Below the pieces are notes generated by a model. It saw only the letters and a program-made list of their open reading frames with translations, had not been told where the DNA came from and did no database searches. Shown here piece after piece: positions 24,601 to 34,119 of a stretch of DNA of 35,490 bases; position 1 is the stretch's first letter; the number at the start of each line of letters is the position of its first letter. The stretch is from a virus. Its lineage: Duplodnaviria; Caudoviricetes. The DNA is taken from the IMG/VR virus record IMGVR_UViG_3300020045_008761, positions 1 to 35,490 of that record; one strand, given 5' to 3'. The position numbers were made by a program, and so were the translations under genes.

Positions 24601-24924
24601 GTCTTCAGAACTTTCTGCACCTTTGATCCCAGCGATTGTTTCTCCAAGTTGTGATACACCAGGCAATATTGAGTCTGCCACTGGTTTTACATACTTTTCC
24701 ATTAAAGAGTTCGCTTTTTTCGATTCATTTCGAGCAGTTACCGCTTCATTTTGAAAACGAGATACTTTTTCAGCTCTACTTTCTGGTACATCGAACCTAA
24801 AAGAAGATTTAGTCTCGGATTCAGGAGTATCGTTTATTGGTGTACCGTATTTTGAAAAATCCAAAGCTGCCCCTCCTGAGCTATCGTTTGCAACTGTACC
24901 GTATTTTTCAAAGTCTATTGCCAT
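21604..24924 (-). CDS. Large internal virion/DNA-ejection-type protein
   Basis: 1106 aa, Gly/Ala-rich hydrophobic helices, C-terminal FGHTR...RVIEVQSD domain, podovirus position. Confidence 0.7.
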   Translation of the reverse strand: MAIDFEKYGTVANDSSGGAALDFSKYGTPINDTPESETKSSFRFDVPESRAEKVSRFQNEAVTARNESKKANSLMEKYVKPVADSILPGVSQLGETIAGIKGAESSEDYSKTVDRLTNTQIELLRNIRANEKKGMDTTKLKKIYNQNLDALGNLKGTFDESIEGSQKSTKKVVGELGMTALNLLTAGTYGKATVGTKSFTLGGQTPGLVSATANILKKPSGLFTLRGASEVALGAGIGEAFDVTQNLQDDKRGFKILTDGYGKYIGAGLPVLMGAKASVANRFSSETTRRELGEVFRETAKRYTRSSVLLERAEAKHGTDPISVFEMYGKKTIPEMAEGGKLNPKEAVDFLDSKIGQLSQLKNDNLFLNDTRIGFEDYRKYVDDLIEAQPSWSDTKKANIRNDVKNLIDENERAYAKSVKNKSGLELSEWDRIKTEQTGLSKSYKNKAPKFDYDAHAILGKGARELIELFDDSATTRELNKFIQSHYDAIDLLNSWRGLTPKGGMMSKHFAKVGGDIVGFAAGQSIGHPFLGAMGGRAIASQLTDIVQSQFISNPIKRILINNLKEQAPDVVKNAIKALDERTRGLLDEINTGQKLLDESIKTETVKDKTGILKQIEDKIDYANKQDLIGMDGKSTTALRSAISLAEENKINFPFDKVSERTLNRYKGSNDFARTPLPTTNYNEIGTSKTSDANLLSTDELEKVSNPTYFSQGNDMVLPQSSNKTMSNNIKPIANANIDDTIPPMTYISQGLKEGKEMAQILIDYVKNPKLGMSIEDVSKNAYKGEKDLTTKILKDLEGKSTVSKQYILDATNRGELKQSERDITRAVLDTMPDGQINVKEFADKVKSELLPLEVMETNKNAGYLSGRAPKYENIALPDEIRGKVKNYKENIYQSPIKTSAGDVHFAGGGANSDVPNYFGHTRIEDMADNKTRRVIEVQSDLYQKGRLDDELGNFKGMTEGESGETYGKRALKREKEIDALRQYNDPTAHFRMVREELKKAAQDGKTKIQFPTGETALRIEGLVDTEMWNRGSKKASIGMGIQKLEDKHLRMGEIVNDGNTDWIVSNKLGEGKFKALPKDAVVSDLKKSFPNISEKEINDFIILCL

Positions 24925-24925
24925 T

Positions 24926-26422
24926 TTATTGATACTCTACTATTGCTCCATCAATTATTGCCTGGTCAATGCCGTCTCTGGTGGATTCCATTATTTTATA
25001 TTTACCCGTGGTTGGATCAGTGATCTTCACTGTAGCTGGAAGTCCAGCGGCCGTTGAAAAAGCCCCTTTGATCTTACTTAACTCTCGTTTAGCATCAGCA
25101 TCAGACAGGTTTTTACCTAAAGAACTAGAGGCTTTTTGCAAGGTTAAAGACTCAAAATCAGAAATAGCACCTGAACCCTTTAATTTCTGTCTATTTTCGA
25201 GAGAAAGGATAGATACGACCTGGTTTAATTGGTTTTTGGCATACTGTTCATTTGATCCTGGTGTCCAGTATGTAAGAGGATTTTTAAGACCAGTTACTTG
25301 ACTCAGATACGGGTCTTCTAATAAACCAGAAACAAGAGACAGGTTATCCAGTATTTCAGACTGGGCTTTAGCTGTCTTATAGCCTGGCGAATCAATTAAC
25401 GTATCTTGCATTCTTTTAGCTGTTTCGGATTTTAGATTTTCGATTTGAGCTTGCTTAAATGATCTTTCCATGTTATCGCCCACAAATCCTTCAGCATTTA
25501 AAAGGGCTTCAGTTACACTTACTGAATTAACTATTTTTTTAAGAGTTTCAGTAGGTGCCCCATTTATTTGAGCCTGTTTTAATACTTCATCAATATTTGC
25601 TTGAACCTTAGCCTGTTCCACTTGGTTTTTAAAGTTGTAATCTCTTACGGCATCTCTCTCTGTTTGAATATCCTCAATTATTTTCTCAGCAATAGCCGCT
25701 TTCTCCTTTCTCCTAGATTCCAAGACTTCTATTTGTTTACCCATCAACTCAAAATCTTTATCTGCTTGGGCCGAAAGTATTTTATTTTTATCAATTGCTT
25801 CCTTTGAAGTTAGATCAGACATCGCCCTCATATCAGAGTCCAGTTTTGTCTGCATAGTTTGAGGTGAGGAAAGTGGAGTGTATCGTGATCCTAAACGTCT
25901 TTGGGCACCCCTAAGTTGGGCAGTGGTGCTTTCTTGTGATCTTTGTAAATCAGATCGAAGTTGTTGGTATTCAGACGATACTGCACTTAAAAGATTTTGA
26001 GTGGAAGCGTCAGATCGTGATTGCATACTCTCTATAAGTTTAAAGTATGGATCATCTTCAGGAGAAGGTATGCCGAGACCATCAACACGATCTTTATACA
26101 AGCTATCGTATTCATTTTCTTGTTCCGGCTCTGGTGGTTGGTATTCTCCACCTGAATTAACGTCCCTATACCCACCCATATTTCGATTATAGACCGCAAC
26201 AGTATTACCTTTATCATCTAAAATCGGGGCTTTCGATTCATTCCCTACCAGTTTTTGAGCCTTGCTGATTATTGAGGGTATAGTTGTCTCTCGTATGTTG
26301 GCATCAGTAAATACTGTCGGGGAATACATCTCACTTGGTGCAACCGAATACCCTTTATTACCCTGGGCGGCAATTTGAGCGTTGATGTTTTTGACTCTCT
26401 CTGGGATGTATTGCTCTTGCAT
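24926..26422 (-). CDS. Coiled-coil internal virion/ejection-type protein
   Basis: Q/E/K-rich helical 498 aa with LKGSGAISDFE motif; follows tail genes. Confidence 0.7.
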   Translation of the reverse strand: MQEQYIPERVKNINAQIAAQGNKGYSVAPSEMYSPTVFTDANIRETTIPSIISKAQKLVGNESKAPILDDKGNTVAVYNRNMGGYRDVNSGGEYQPPEPEQENEYDSLYKDRVDGLGIPSPEDDPYFKLIESMQSRSDASTQNLLSAVSSEYQQLRSDLQRSQESTTAQLRGAQRRLGSRYTPLSSPQTMQTKLDSDMRAMSDLTSKEAIDKNKILSAQADKDFELMGKQIEVLESRRKEKAAIAEKIIEDIQTERDAVRDYNFKNQVEQAKVQANIDEVLKQAQINGAPTETLKKIVNSVSVTEALLNAEGFVGDNMERSFKQAQIENLKSETAKRMQDTLIDSPGYKTAKAQSEILDNLSLVSGLLEDPYLSQVTGLKNPLTYWTPGSNEQYAKNQLNQVVSILSLENRQKLKGSGAISDFESLTLQKASSSLGKNLSDADAKRELSKIKGAFSTAAGLPATVKITDPTTGKYKIMESTRDGIDQAIIDGAIVEYQ

Positions 26423-26441
26423 TTTAATACTTAATTACTAA

Positions 26442-28085
26442 TTAGAATGAGCTACCATAAACATAAATCTTTGTTCCAGCTATAACATTATTAGCTGTAT
26501 CTCCAGCGATGGAAACAGAGGTTATCTGTTGGGCGGTAGATGATGCCCAAACACCAGCAATGGAAAAAGGTGTTGGTCTTGTTGTGCTTGCAAACGCACC
26601 AGGTACAGTCGAATCTTCATTTATACCCCTCAAAATAACTGGATGAGTTGTAGACACCTTGTTTACAAACTCAAGATCAAGAAAGAAATTGCCACCATAC
26701 CTACCTATCGGAATATACCTCTGTCCTGTCCCACCAGGATCTTCTGATGGAGTAGAGGTTGCGTGATTCCAAGAATAGTTAATGCCGTCATCTCCATTAA
26801 AGAATAATTTTGCTTTAGGGTTTTGATTTATTTTGCCATCAATAAATATTCTAACAATAGTTCTGGCTGGGAATGAGACAGTGGTCGTTGACTGATTTGT
26901 CGAAACGGTGCTCGAAGCTAATTGTACCCACAAAGGAGAAAGACCATCATAGTCTTGAACAGCACTGGTTTTAATAGTTGTAGTGGCTAAAGTAGTCGTT
27001 CCTGTAAGGTAAGCATTACTCGAAACGCTAAGTTGAGTAGTGGAGGCTTGTTGGTTATATCCAACAAGGTTAATTTGAGTAGAGCTTGCCCTACCACCAG
27101 TCATTAAAGAAGGTACATAGAAATTAGGGTCAAAATAAAACTGGGTGGCTGATTTCATTATTCCAATAGTTCGATCTACTGTGCCAGCCGAAGTTGAAGT
27201 AGCTCCTGCGGTGTTTGAAAGATAGACAAACCTACCAGCTACTCCACCAGGGTTTTTACTATCAATACCTCGTAAGATCACACCACCTGAAATACCCACT
27301 CCATCTGTTCCTGATCCTTGAGCAACACCTAAAATCACACCAAGAGTAGTAGACGCTAAATCAGCATCAGCTTTTCGCCATTCTCCCTCGTATTGATTGA
27401 AATAGACAATCTCACCAGAGGAGATTGTCTCTCCTGCTATAGCAGCCACTGCGACACTATCTGTTGAAACTGTCCCACCATTTACCAAGCTTTCAACCCA
27501 AGATTTGGTTGCGGGATTGCCTGGTGCTGTTGGTGTTCCGAATACCCAAGAACCGCTAACAGTCTCATCATTCCTCTTAACAGCATATTCATTGAATAAC
27601 TGTGGAGAATCAGAGAGTATAAAGATAGATTGACCAGGATGGACTAATTGAAGAGTGGTAGAGGCGGTGTAGGGATAAGACCTTGATAAACCCCTTGAAA
27701 CTCCTGTCAAAGTGGCTGTGCCATCAGAATTTTGGGTTATCCCTGTAAAAGATACGAATTCAGAACGATTAGAAATACCTGGGTTTATTGTTCCGTATGC
27801 GATTGCGGTGTTTAGATACGTCATTGTATAAGGCAACAATGAGACTGGTTCTTTAAACGAAGATAGTTTAATTGTAGTAGCACTTGAATTGATCGAACTC
27901 TGTAATCTATAAGTAGCACCACCTGTTGGAGAGAACGCACCAAAGTTTTGTTCTACTTGTTCCTCAACTTTTTGTTCTATTTGAATAGGTGCATCATTTT
28001 GTTTTGGTAAGTCGTACCCAATAAATCCAAGTCCGGCAATTAGAGGAGTGAGTATTATTGTTGTGATTGATTTTAGAATTTCCAT
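26442..28085 (-). CDS. Tail fibre/appendage-like protein with N-terminal hydrophobic signal
   Basis: EFVSFTGI...LTGVSRGL, AGETIS.GE.VY...W.KADA, ITSVSI...GTKIYVYG; TGTTATAAT at 28102-28094 upstream. Confidence 0.7.
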   Translation of the reverse strand: MEILKSITTIILTPLIAGLGFIGYDLPKQNDAPIQIEQKVEEQVEQNFGAFSPTGGATYRLQSSINSSATTIKLSSFKEPVSLLPYTMTYLNTAIAYGTINPGISNRSEFVSFTGITQNSDGTATLTGVSRGLSRSYPYTASTTLQLVHPGQSIFILSDSPQLFNEYAVKRNDETVSGSWVFGTPTAPGNPATKSWVESLVNGGTVSTDSVAVAAIAGETISSGEIVYFNQYEGEWRKADADLASTTLGVILGVAQGSGTDGVGISGGVILRGIDSKNPGGVAGRFVYLSNTAGATSTSAGTVDRTIGIMKSATQFYFDPNFYVPSLMTGGRASSTQINLVGYNQQASTTQLSVSSNAYLTGTTTLATTTIKTSAVQDYDGLSPLWVQLASSTVSTNQSTTTVSFPARTIVRIFIDGKINQNPKAKLFFNGDDGINYSWNHATSTPSEDPGGTGQRYIPIGRYGGNFFLDLEFVNKVSTTHPVILRGINEDSTVPGAFASTTRPTPFSIAGVWASSTAQQITSVSIAGDTANNVIAGTKIYVYGSSF

Positions 28086-28107
28086 ATAAATATATTATAA
28101 CATTATT

Positions 28108-30288
28108 TTATCTTCTTATAAAAGTCGGCTCTTGATTATCTTCTACTGCATTTGTTCCAATGTAAAGTATTTCCCACCGTGAGTCTGGTTCAGTCGAGTA
28201 AACTTGCAAAGCATACTCAAAACAATTTTCCCACTCTAAATCCACGATAGTTCTAAATTTAGGTTGTAATTCTCGATCATCTGGTTCCTCAATAATGCCA
28301 TCTCCAAGTGGATTTTGACCAATAGGGTACTCACCTAAACTTGGGGTATTTAAAGAAATAAAAGTTTCCACCTCATTTTGAGGATCGCTGATTATAAAAT
28401 CTTTAATACCAGTACCACCTTTATAATCGAGAAAAACATACCCATTTAAGTAGTTACCAGGCCCCATATAACCTTCCAAATACATCTTATCCGCATACAA
28501 ATAACCATATTTTAAGCCATGATTTCTGTATGCCATTCTCATAATAGAAGTGTAAGGGTAAAACTCACCAGATGGGTTATCATCATGCCATTGGCCTGTG
28601 TCCCATATCTGATACATCTGCGGATTTGAATTTGAATGTCCGTAAACTATTCCATCAATTACTGCAAACCTAGAAATACTTGAAATTTGAGGTGGTTGCC
28701 AAAATCTCTCGGCTACAAAGTTACCTTGATTATCAATAGACTCTCGAACCTCATACATAAAATGAGTTCCGATCACTGGTGCGGTTATATAAACAATGTT
28801 ATCAATAGTTCTTAAATGCCCCCCTGTAAAATCAACAAATGTCAATTCGTCATGGATCGGTAGTGAGAGCATCGGATTTTTATTGGTCGAGTAGTCCTTC
28901 ACAATACCCAATGTTCTTAGTTGATTGGCTTGGTCAAGGTAAACAATATCATCTCCTAGTGCATCTACGAATTCAAAAGCTTTACACCCAGATAGTCCAG
29001 TACCTGGAAATTTCTCGACTTGGGTGGTAATTGTTTCGGCTGAAAATACATTGATAATGGGTACGTTAGGGGTAACTTTATACCAGCTTGATATACCAGC
29101 AGATACAAATAGATTTTCACCTTTTCTTTTTACAGCAGTTGGCGGTTCATCAAGAACAAAACTGGTAGGATCACCAGTTACCAAATCCCCTGCATTAGTA
29201 AAGTTTAGAAAACCAAGAGTGGTAACGGTTACATCTGCTGATAAATAAGCTATTCTGGCTGTTAAAGAAAAGACTGCTAATTGGTTATTTACAATCTCTA
29301 TAAAATCGTTAGTAAAATCAGCACTAGGTTTATTAGAAGCCACAAATACTGACTGAATTGCCACGCTATCAGCTACCAAACTTGAAGTGTCAGTTGTTAC
29401 ACCTGTTAAAGTGACAGTATCTTCACCGCCTAAATAACTATACTCAACTCCACTTATAACCAGTCTTTTTTCATCGGACAGGTTAGTAGCAAAACCAACC
29501 TCTGCCCAAGTTTCAGTTCCTTGTTTAGTTAAGGTGTAGACTGTTGCAATAGAAGTAACATTGACCAAAAAACCTGTACCAGTTCCACCAGTAACAGCAA
29601 AATCATTAGCTACGGTATAACCCGATCCTCTGGTTGTCAGATCATAACCGGTTATAGCACCACCAGTTACAGATGTCACAGTTAAAGTACCCCCCGAACC
29701 AGTAGCTATCGTCAGTACATCCCCCACAACATAGCCAGAACCAGCATTACTACCAAAAGCGGTACCTGTAATACCACCAGCCACCCCTACTGATCCAGCT
29801 GAAATTTTAGCAATACCACCTGACCAGTGAAGGATATTAGAATCTCCACGCACCATAACTAACCTGTCTTTTACTTCGTCATCATCCCACCAGGAGTTAA
29901 ACGAAAATCTAGTTAGTGATCTGGCTGGATTTAAAACAGTAGAAGATTCAAAGAGTTCATACCAGACATACTCCCCATCAGTGACAATATCTGATTCCAC
30001 CTCCAGTTTATTATTAGCCACTCTTAAAGGTATAGTTCTACCAGTGGAATCTGCCCACTCAAAAGAAGATAATACACCTGCTTCGGTAGTATCACTTGAA
30101 CCTCGTATTTTTAAACCTGGTCTTGGTGCGATTGTACCCCTATATGTTTTAACAACATTTTGAGAACCCTTGATCATAGCCAAGTACGAAACAGACGTCT
30201 TATCAAACGAAGATATATAGCCTAAAAAGGGCTTTTCAGCACCGCCTATTAAGTCAAAATCAAAGTTGTCTGTGCCTCGTTGTCTCAT
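28108..30288 (-). CDS. Tail nozzle/stabilisation-like protein
   Basis: ~726-aa beta-rich ORF, IAPRPG near the N-terminus, follows the adaptor; contains GSGY.VGD repeats. Confidence 0.6.
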   Translation of the reverse strand: MRQRGTDNFDFDLIGGAEKPFLGYISSFDKTSVSYLAMIKGSQNVVKTYRGTIAPRPGLKIRGSSDTTEAGVLSSFEWADSTGRTIPLRVANNKLEVESDIVTDGEYVWYELFESSTVLNPARSLTRFSFNSWWDDDEVKDRLVMVRGDSNILHWSGGIAKISAGSVGVAGGITGTAFGSNAGSGYVVGDVLTIATGSGGTLTVTSVTGGAITGYDLTTRGSGYTVANDFAVTGGTGTGFLVNVTSIATVYTLTKQGTETWAEVGFATNLSDEKRLVISGVEYSYLGGEDTVTLTGVTTDTSSLVADSVAIQSVFVASNKPSADFTNDFIEIVNNQLAVFSLTARIAYLSADVTVTTLGFLNFTNAGDLVTGDPTSFVLDEPPTAVKRKGENLFVSAGISSWYKVTPNVPIINVFSAETITTQVEKFPGTGLSGCKAFEFVDALGDDIVYLDQANQLRTLGIVKDYSTNKNPMLSLPIHDELTFVDFTGGHLRTIDNIVYITAPVIGTHFMYEVRESIDNQGNFVAERFWQPPQISSISRFAVIDGIVYGHSNSNPQMYQIWDTGQWHDDNPSGEFYPYTSIMRMAYRNHGLKYGYLYADKMYLEGYMGPGNYLNGYVFLDYKGGTGIKDFIISDPQNEVETFISLNTPSLGEYPIGQNPLGDGIIEEPDDRELQPKFRTIVDLEWENCFEYALQVYSTEPDSRWEILYIGTNAVEDNQEPTFIRR

Positions 30289-30289
30289 G

Positions 30290-31429
30290 TTAATCGTACC
30301 AATTATCGGTCTTAGTGACTTCCTCTGAAGGATTGTCAGCGTTATAAAGTGCATATTGATCTTTCAATCTTATTTCCAACCTATCTACCATAGCCGAAGC
30401 ATTACCCCCAGCCGCTTGGAAGGCTACCTCTTTGGCTGATTCAACTTCGAGGATGTTATAGGCTGAATCGGTAAGAGTTATATTATCAGAGTCATCGGTA
30501 ATGGTTTGAGTTGGATTAGAACCAGTGACCATAAAGATAGCCGCTGTCTGGTAGATGAGTTCATGAGGAGAAGGTAGCGAAATCCAGCAACCGCCTACTC
30601 TAAAGTTAGTCAAAGTAGCGGCATGAGTAACCCTTACCTGTAAGTAATCAACATCATCAATATCCACTGTACCTGTCTCTGTCGCACCAGATAGATCAAA
30701 AGCAACGATAGTCCATTCGTTAGCTTTCCATGCTCCCAAGAAACCATCAGTATCAGAGACTTCAAAGTAGTTTGAGCTATCTGAACCTAGTCTCACAGCA
30801 ATAGACGTTAAATTTGAAGCCGAAGGCGTGTAAATAGGTATGAAGATAACCCCAACACCCTCATAAGCAGTCAAATCAGTGTTTGATATTGTTTTAGTGA
30901 GTGTACCTACTGAAGCACCTGTTAAAGTAAACCGGAGAGAGGCTGGAGATTCATAATAAACAGTTTCATCGAGTGCCAAACTTGAGCCAGAACCAGCCAA
31001 AGTCCAGTCAGTCGTGTCATTCATGCCGTCTAAGATTATCCTTTGAGTAGGTTTAGGACTAGAGACACGCATTATTGGAGTGCCTTTGTTGAATTCAAAA
31101 GCGATAGTGTATCCATTGGGTAGTGTTTTCTTTAGTCGATCAAATACAGCTATCGGTTTACGATAAACCACATCAAAATCATGCCTTGAATTGCCTTGTG
31201 GCCTAAAGTCAACGAGTGACCCACTAAAGATTGAGGCTGGGGCCGAATAATCATAAACACCACTATAAAGAGTTACGGCTTGTCTACCAGTTGCTTCAGG
31301 AACATTCGCTTTTTGTACCAAATTCCTTGCTGCTCTTTCAATTCCTCCGTTTACGTTTGGTATTCTGTCTATGTTTTGACCCTGAAGCAGACCTTTGAGT
31401 GCAAATTTAAGGTCTGATACGAGTTTCAT
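30290..31429 (-). CDS. Head-tail adaptor-like protein with inserted beta-sandwich domain
   Basis: Helical termini around a central jelly-roll-like region; position after capsid genes. Confidence 0.55.
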   Translation of the reverse strand: MKLVSDLKFALKGLLQGQNIDRIPNVNGGIERAARNLVQKANVPEATGRQAVTLYSGVYDYSAPASIFSGSLVDFRPQGNSRHDFDVVYRKPIAVFDRLKKTLPNGYTIAFEFNKGTPIMRVSSPKPTQRIILDGMNDTTDWTLAGSGSSLALDETVYYESPASLRFTLTGASVGTLTKTISNTDLTAYEGVGVIFIPIYTPSASNLTSIAVRLGSDSSNYFEVSDTDGFLGAWKANEWTIVAFDLSGATETGTVDIDDVDYLQVRVTHAATLTNFRVGGCWISLPSPHELIYQTAAIFMVTGSNPTQTITDDSDNITLTDSAYNILEVESAKEVAFQAAGGNASAMVDRLEIRLKDQYALYNADNPSEEVTKTDNWYD

Positions 31430-32004
31430 TATCTTATCATTTCCGCCTTACCAATAAATTGTGCCCACACTCCGCTATTCGCAGCACCAGCAGGAGCGGT
31501 AAATACAGCTCGAACGTATCTCGTTGGTACTGGTACAGGTATCATGTGGCAGTTTAAGTTGTTGTTAGCGATTACGGCATCAGCACAAGCATTTGTTGAA
31601 GATGCAAAATTTAGTCTGTGATAAGTAGTACCAACATCATAGATTATTCCTGCAGTTGTAGTAGATAGGCCTGTTTGGTCAAATATATTGCTTGCATACC
31701 AGTCTACGCCATCTTGAGAGTATTCAAATCTAATATCAAGGATACTCGAAGTCGATGTGGCAGTATGTTGAAGGGCTAAATATGCTTTTTCAAAAGTGTC
31801 TACCCCGACACCATTTTTTGAGGTATCACAAGTTAGAGTAGTTGTTGCAGTACCAGCTCGAACATAGCTTAAAGTGGTTGTGGCAGTAGCTGAAGCACAA
31901 GATGATGGAGTAGAAATTCTTGATGGATTAGCTTTTGCGTTATCAACGACTAGATAAGAAGTTACAAAAAGTAGACCGATGACTATTAAAATATATTTCT
32001 TCAT
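31429..32004 (-). CDS. Exported beta-rich virion-module protein
   Basis: Signal peptide ending AKA; FEYSQDGVDWY and TRYVRAVF motifs. Confidence 0.75.
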   Translation of the reverse strand: MKKYILIVIGLLFVTSYLVVDNAKANPSRISTPSSCASATATTTLSYVRAGTATTTLTCDTSKNGVGVDTFEKAYLALQHTATSTSSILDIRFEYSQDGVDWYASNIFDQTGLSTTTAGIIYDVGTTYHRLNFASSTNACADAVIANNNLNCHMIPVPVPTRYVRAVFTAPAGAANSGVWAQFIGKAEMIR

Positions 32005-32036
32005 TTTTATAATTTAACTTTTAATTGAGCTAATGC

Positions 32037-32073
32037 TCTTATCTCACTCCCCATAAAGAGAGTGAGTAAAAGA
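32037..32073 (-). terminator. Hairpin/terminator after the capsid operon
   Basis: CTCACTC/GAGTGAG inverted repeat just after stop 32075. Confidence 0.5.
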
Positions 32074-32074
32074 A

Positions 32075-32611
32075 CTATTGATCTGTAACAATATAATTCA
32101 ATGTTCCAGATGCCGAACCTGTCGTTGGCCAGGTATACGTTCCACCAGTCAGATTTGAAATCGAAGTTTCAATATAACCAGCTGTATTAGAAGCCGTAAT
32201 ACCAATAACTACCAAACCATTAGAGGTTAGAGTAGCGGTCGTAGTCGACAGAGTACCGAGAATTACATCCCCACTTGTGATTCCTGATATAGCAGTTAGT
32301 CCTGTTGTATCAGTTCCAGCTTGACAAGTAACTCTTGCCGTAGAAGAAGCAGCTATTGTAGTTGCATCTGGTAATAGGTTACATGTTCCTGTAATGATTT
32401 TATCAATACTTGTCCCTGATGTTCCTATTGCAAGATTACCTGTTCCGTCAATGACAGTTGTGCCATCAACTCTATATCCGTCTGTTGTGTCCAATATATC
32501 GTAATTGGTAACACCAGCGAAGATTGCTTTACCGACTGGGGTAAATAATTCAATGATTGCGATAATTCCTACCACAATCAGTGCCACCCACAATTTTGTA
32601 TTACTTTGCAT
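32075..32611 (-). CDS. Thr-rich protein with N-terminal TM/signal, directly after the major capsid gene
   Basis: KLWVALIVVGIIAIIELF; ASST motifs. Confidence 0.75.
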   Translation of the reverse strand: MQSNTKLWVALIVVGIIAIIELFTPVGKAIFAGVTNYDILDTTDGYRVDGTTVIDGTGNLAIGTSGTSIDKIITGTCNLLPDATTIAASSTARVTCQAGTDTTGLTAISGITSGDVILGTLSTTTATLTSNGLVVIGITASNTAGYIETSISNLTGGTYTWPTTGSASGTLNYIVTDQ

Positions 32612-32635
32612 GATGATTGTGATTAGTGATAGTAA

Positions 32636-33568
32636 TTAAGCCCCAGTTGATCCTACCAAGCCTTCGTAAGAGATTGAATCAACCTCCTCTCTAGCTCGCA
32701 TCTTGTAGACATAATTGTCGTTAGCATCGGTTTCCCAAGGCACAAGATTGGTAAAGAATGCCTCTCTTTCAAATCGCATAACACCGTGACCAGCTGCTCC
32801 AATGTAGTAAGCAGTAGTTGAAGTGTCATCTACGAATGATGAGTAAAGGACTTTCATACCAGGAAACATTTCAGAGTAATAGTTCAAGTCATTGTTTCCT
32901 GTTCCTGCTCGTAGTACAGACTTGCAAGTTTCCATAGCAAGTTTGTGCTGAGCGTTAGAAGTCAAAAGAAAATCTGGCTCATAACCCATCTTAACTCCAC
33001 CCTGGTTTAGTTGATTTCTCAAAGAAACTACAGAAGTGTTAACAGTGGTATCAGTCATAGCACCGCTTTCAGCGTTGTCTACGGTGTCACCGTTAGAGTT
33101 AATGTGAGAGCTGCTAAATAGAACTACACCATCAATAGTTTGCTGAGTTGTAAAACCCAAAGCATAAACACTAATTGCGTTTCGATCTCGTGAAGCCATC
33201 CAAGCAGCATTTTCCTGTCGCACTGATTTAGCGACTGCTCCTTGCTGTTGATCCGCCATGAAAGTTCTAGGAATGTTTAGGTTCTTAGAAAATTCAGCGA
33301 TCAAAGTTGTCTTAGGAGTAGGTGCCGCCTTGTTAGACGATTTCTTCTCTGACTGATCGGAAGTGTTTTTCTTAAAGTATCCACCTCCACCCAATACTGT
33401 AGAAACTACAGCTGCGTTAGAAGCTGAGTCCTGTGTGAAGACTACTGGATCAGTAGCTTCGGCTTTACCTGTTCTAGCATACTGCAAACGTGAACCGTCA
33501 ATCAGCTTATCAAGAGCTGTCTTTACGAGTTCTAGGTTTGGAGAGCTTTGTCCATTTAATCCGTCCAT
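32636..33568 (-). CDS. Major capsid protein (HK97-fold, Mu gpT-like)
   Basis: 310 aa; DGVVLFSSSH, GYEPDFLL, YKMRARE...GLVGSTGA; follows scaffold and decoration genes. Confidence 0.85.
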   Translation of the reverse strand: MDGLNGQSSPNLELVKTALDKLIDGSRLQYARTGKAEATDPVVFTQDSASNAAVVSTVLGGGGYFKKNTSDQSEKKSSNKAAPTPKTTLIAEFSKNLNIPRTFMADQQQGAVAKSVRQENAAWMASRDRNAISVYALGFTTQQTIDGVVLFSSSHINSNGDTVDNAESGAMTDTTVNTSVVSLRNQLNQGGVKMGYEPDFLLTSNAQHKLAMETCKSVLRAGTGNNDLNYYSEMFPGMKVLYSSFVDDTSTTAYYIGAAGHGVMRFEREAFFTNLVPWETDANDNYVYKMRAREEVDSISYEGLVGSTGA

Positions 33569-33592
33569 ATAAGATAAATATTAAGCTACTAA

Positions 33593-34072
33593 TTAGTTGT
33601 TCTCAAAGAAATTGAGAGATGTGTGTGTTACCACAAACCAGACTCGATCCTCCTCTGGTTGTCCGCCTACGATTACAACTGCGTTACCGATTGCATCGGA
33701 TGCCGCTGTGTCAATTGTCCAAGTGGTTGAAGTCAAATCAAAAATAACACGATTGCCCATGAAGGCATCGAGGTCTGCTTGTGAGTTGGCTGCACCTGCT
33801 GTTTTTGGCTTACCTGAATAGATAATGCCAGGGAAAGGGATGTAAGTTAACACCCTTCCTGCGGCTGCTACAGTGTCAGTTGACTCAGACTTAGCGATAC
33901 CAGAAAATCTTTCGGTAGTAGTACCCTCGGCATCTGCCATGATAGCAACTGCACCAGAAGACTCTTTGGTTGGTTCGCCTCGACTAATTGAGTTAGCTGC
34001 ACCAGAAGCAACTGTTCTATCCCAAGAGATGTGTGAATCTGCTTGTTTAGAAACTAATTGGAATGGTCCCAT
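33593..34072 (-). CDS. Capsid decoration/cement-like protein
   Basis: 159-aa Ala/Gly-rich beta protein between scaffold and capsid genes. Confidence 0.6.
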   Translation of the reverse strand: MGPFQLVSKQADSHISWDRTVASGAANSISRGEPTKESSGAVAIMADAEGTTTERFSGIAKSESTDTVAAAGRVLTYIPFPGIIYSGKPKTAGAANSQADLDAFMGNRVIFDLTSTTWTIDTAASDAIGNAVVIVGGQPEEDRVWFVVTHTSLNFFENN

Positions 34073-34119
34073 AATAGTAAAGAATTAAATAAATAATTCC
34101 CCACTTGAGTATGAAAATC

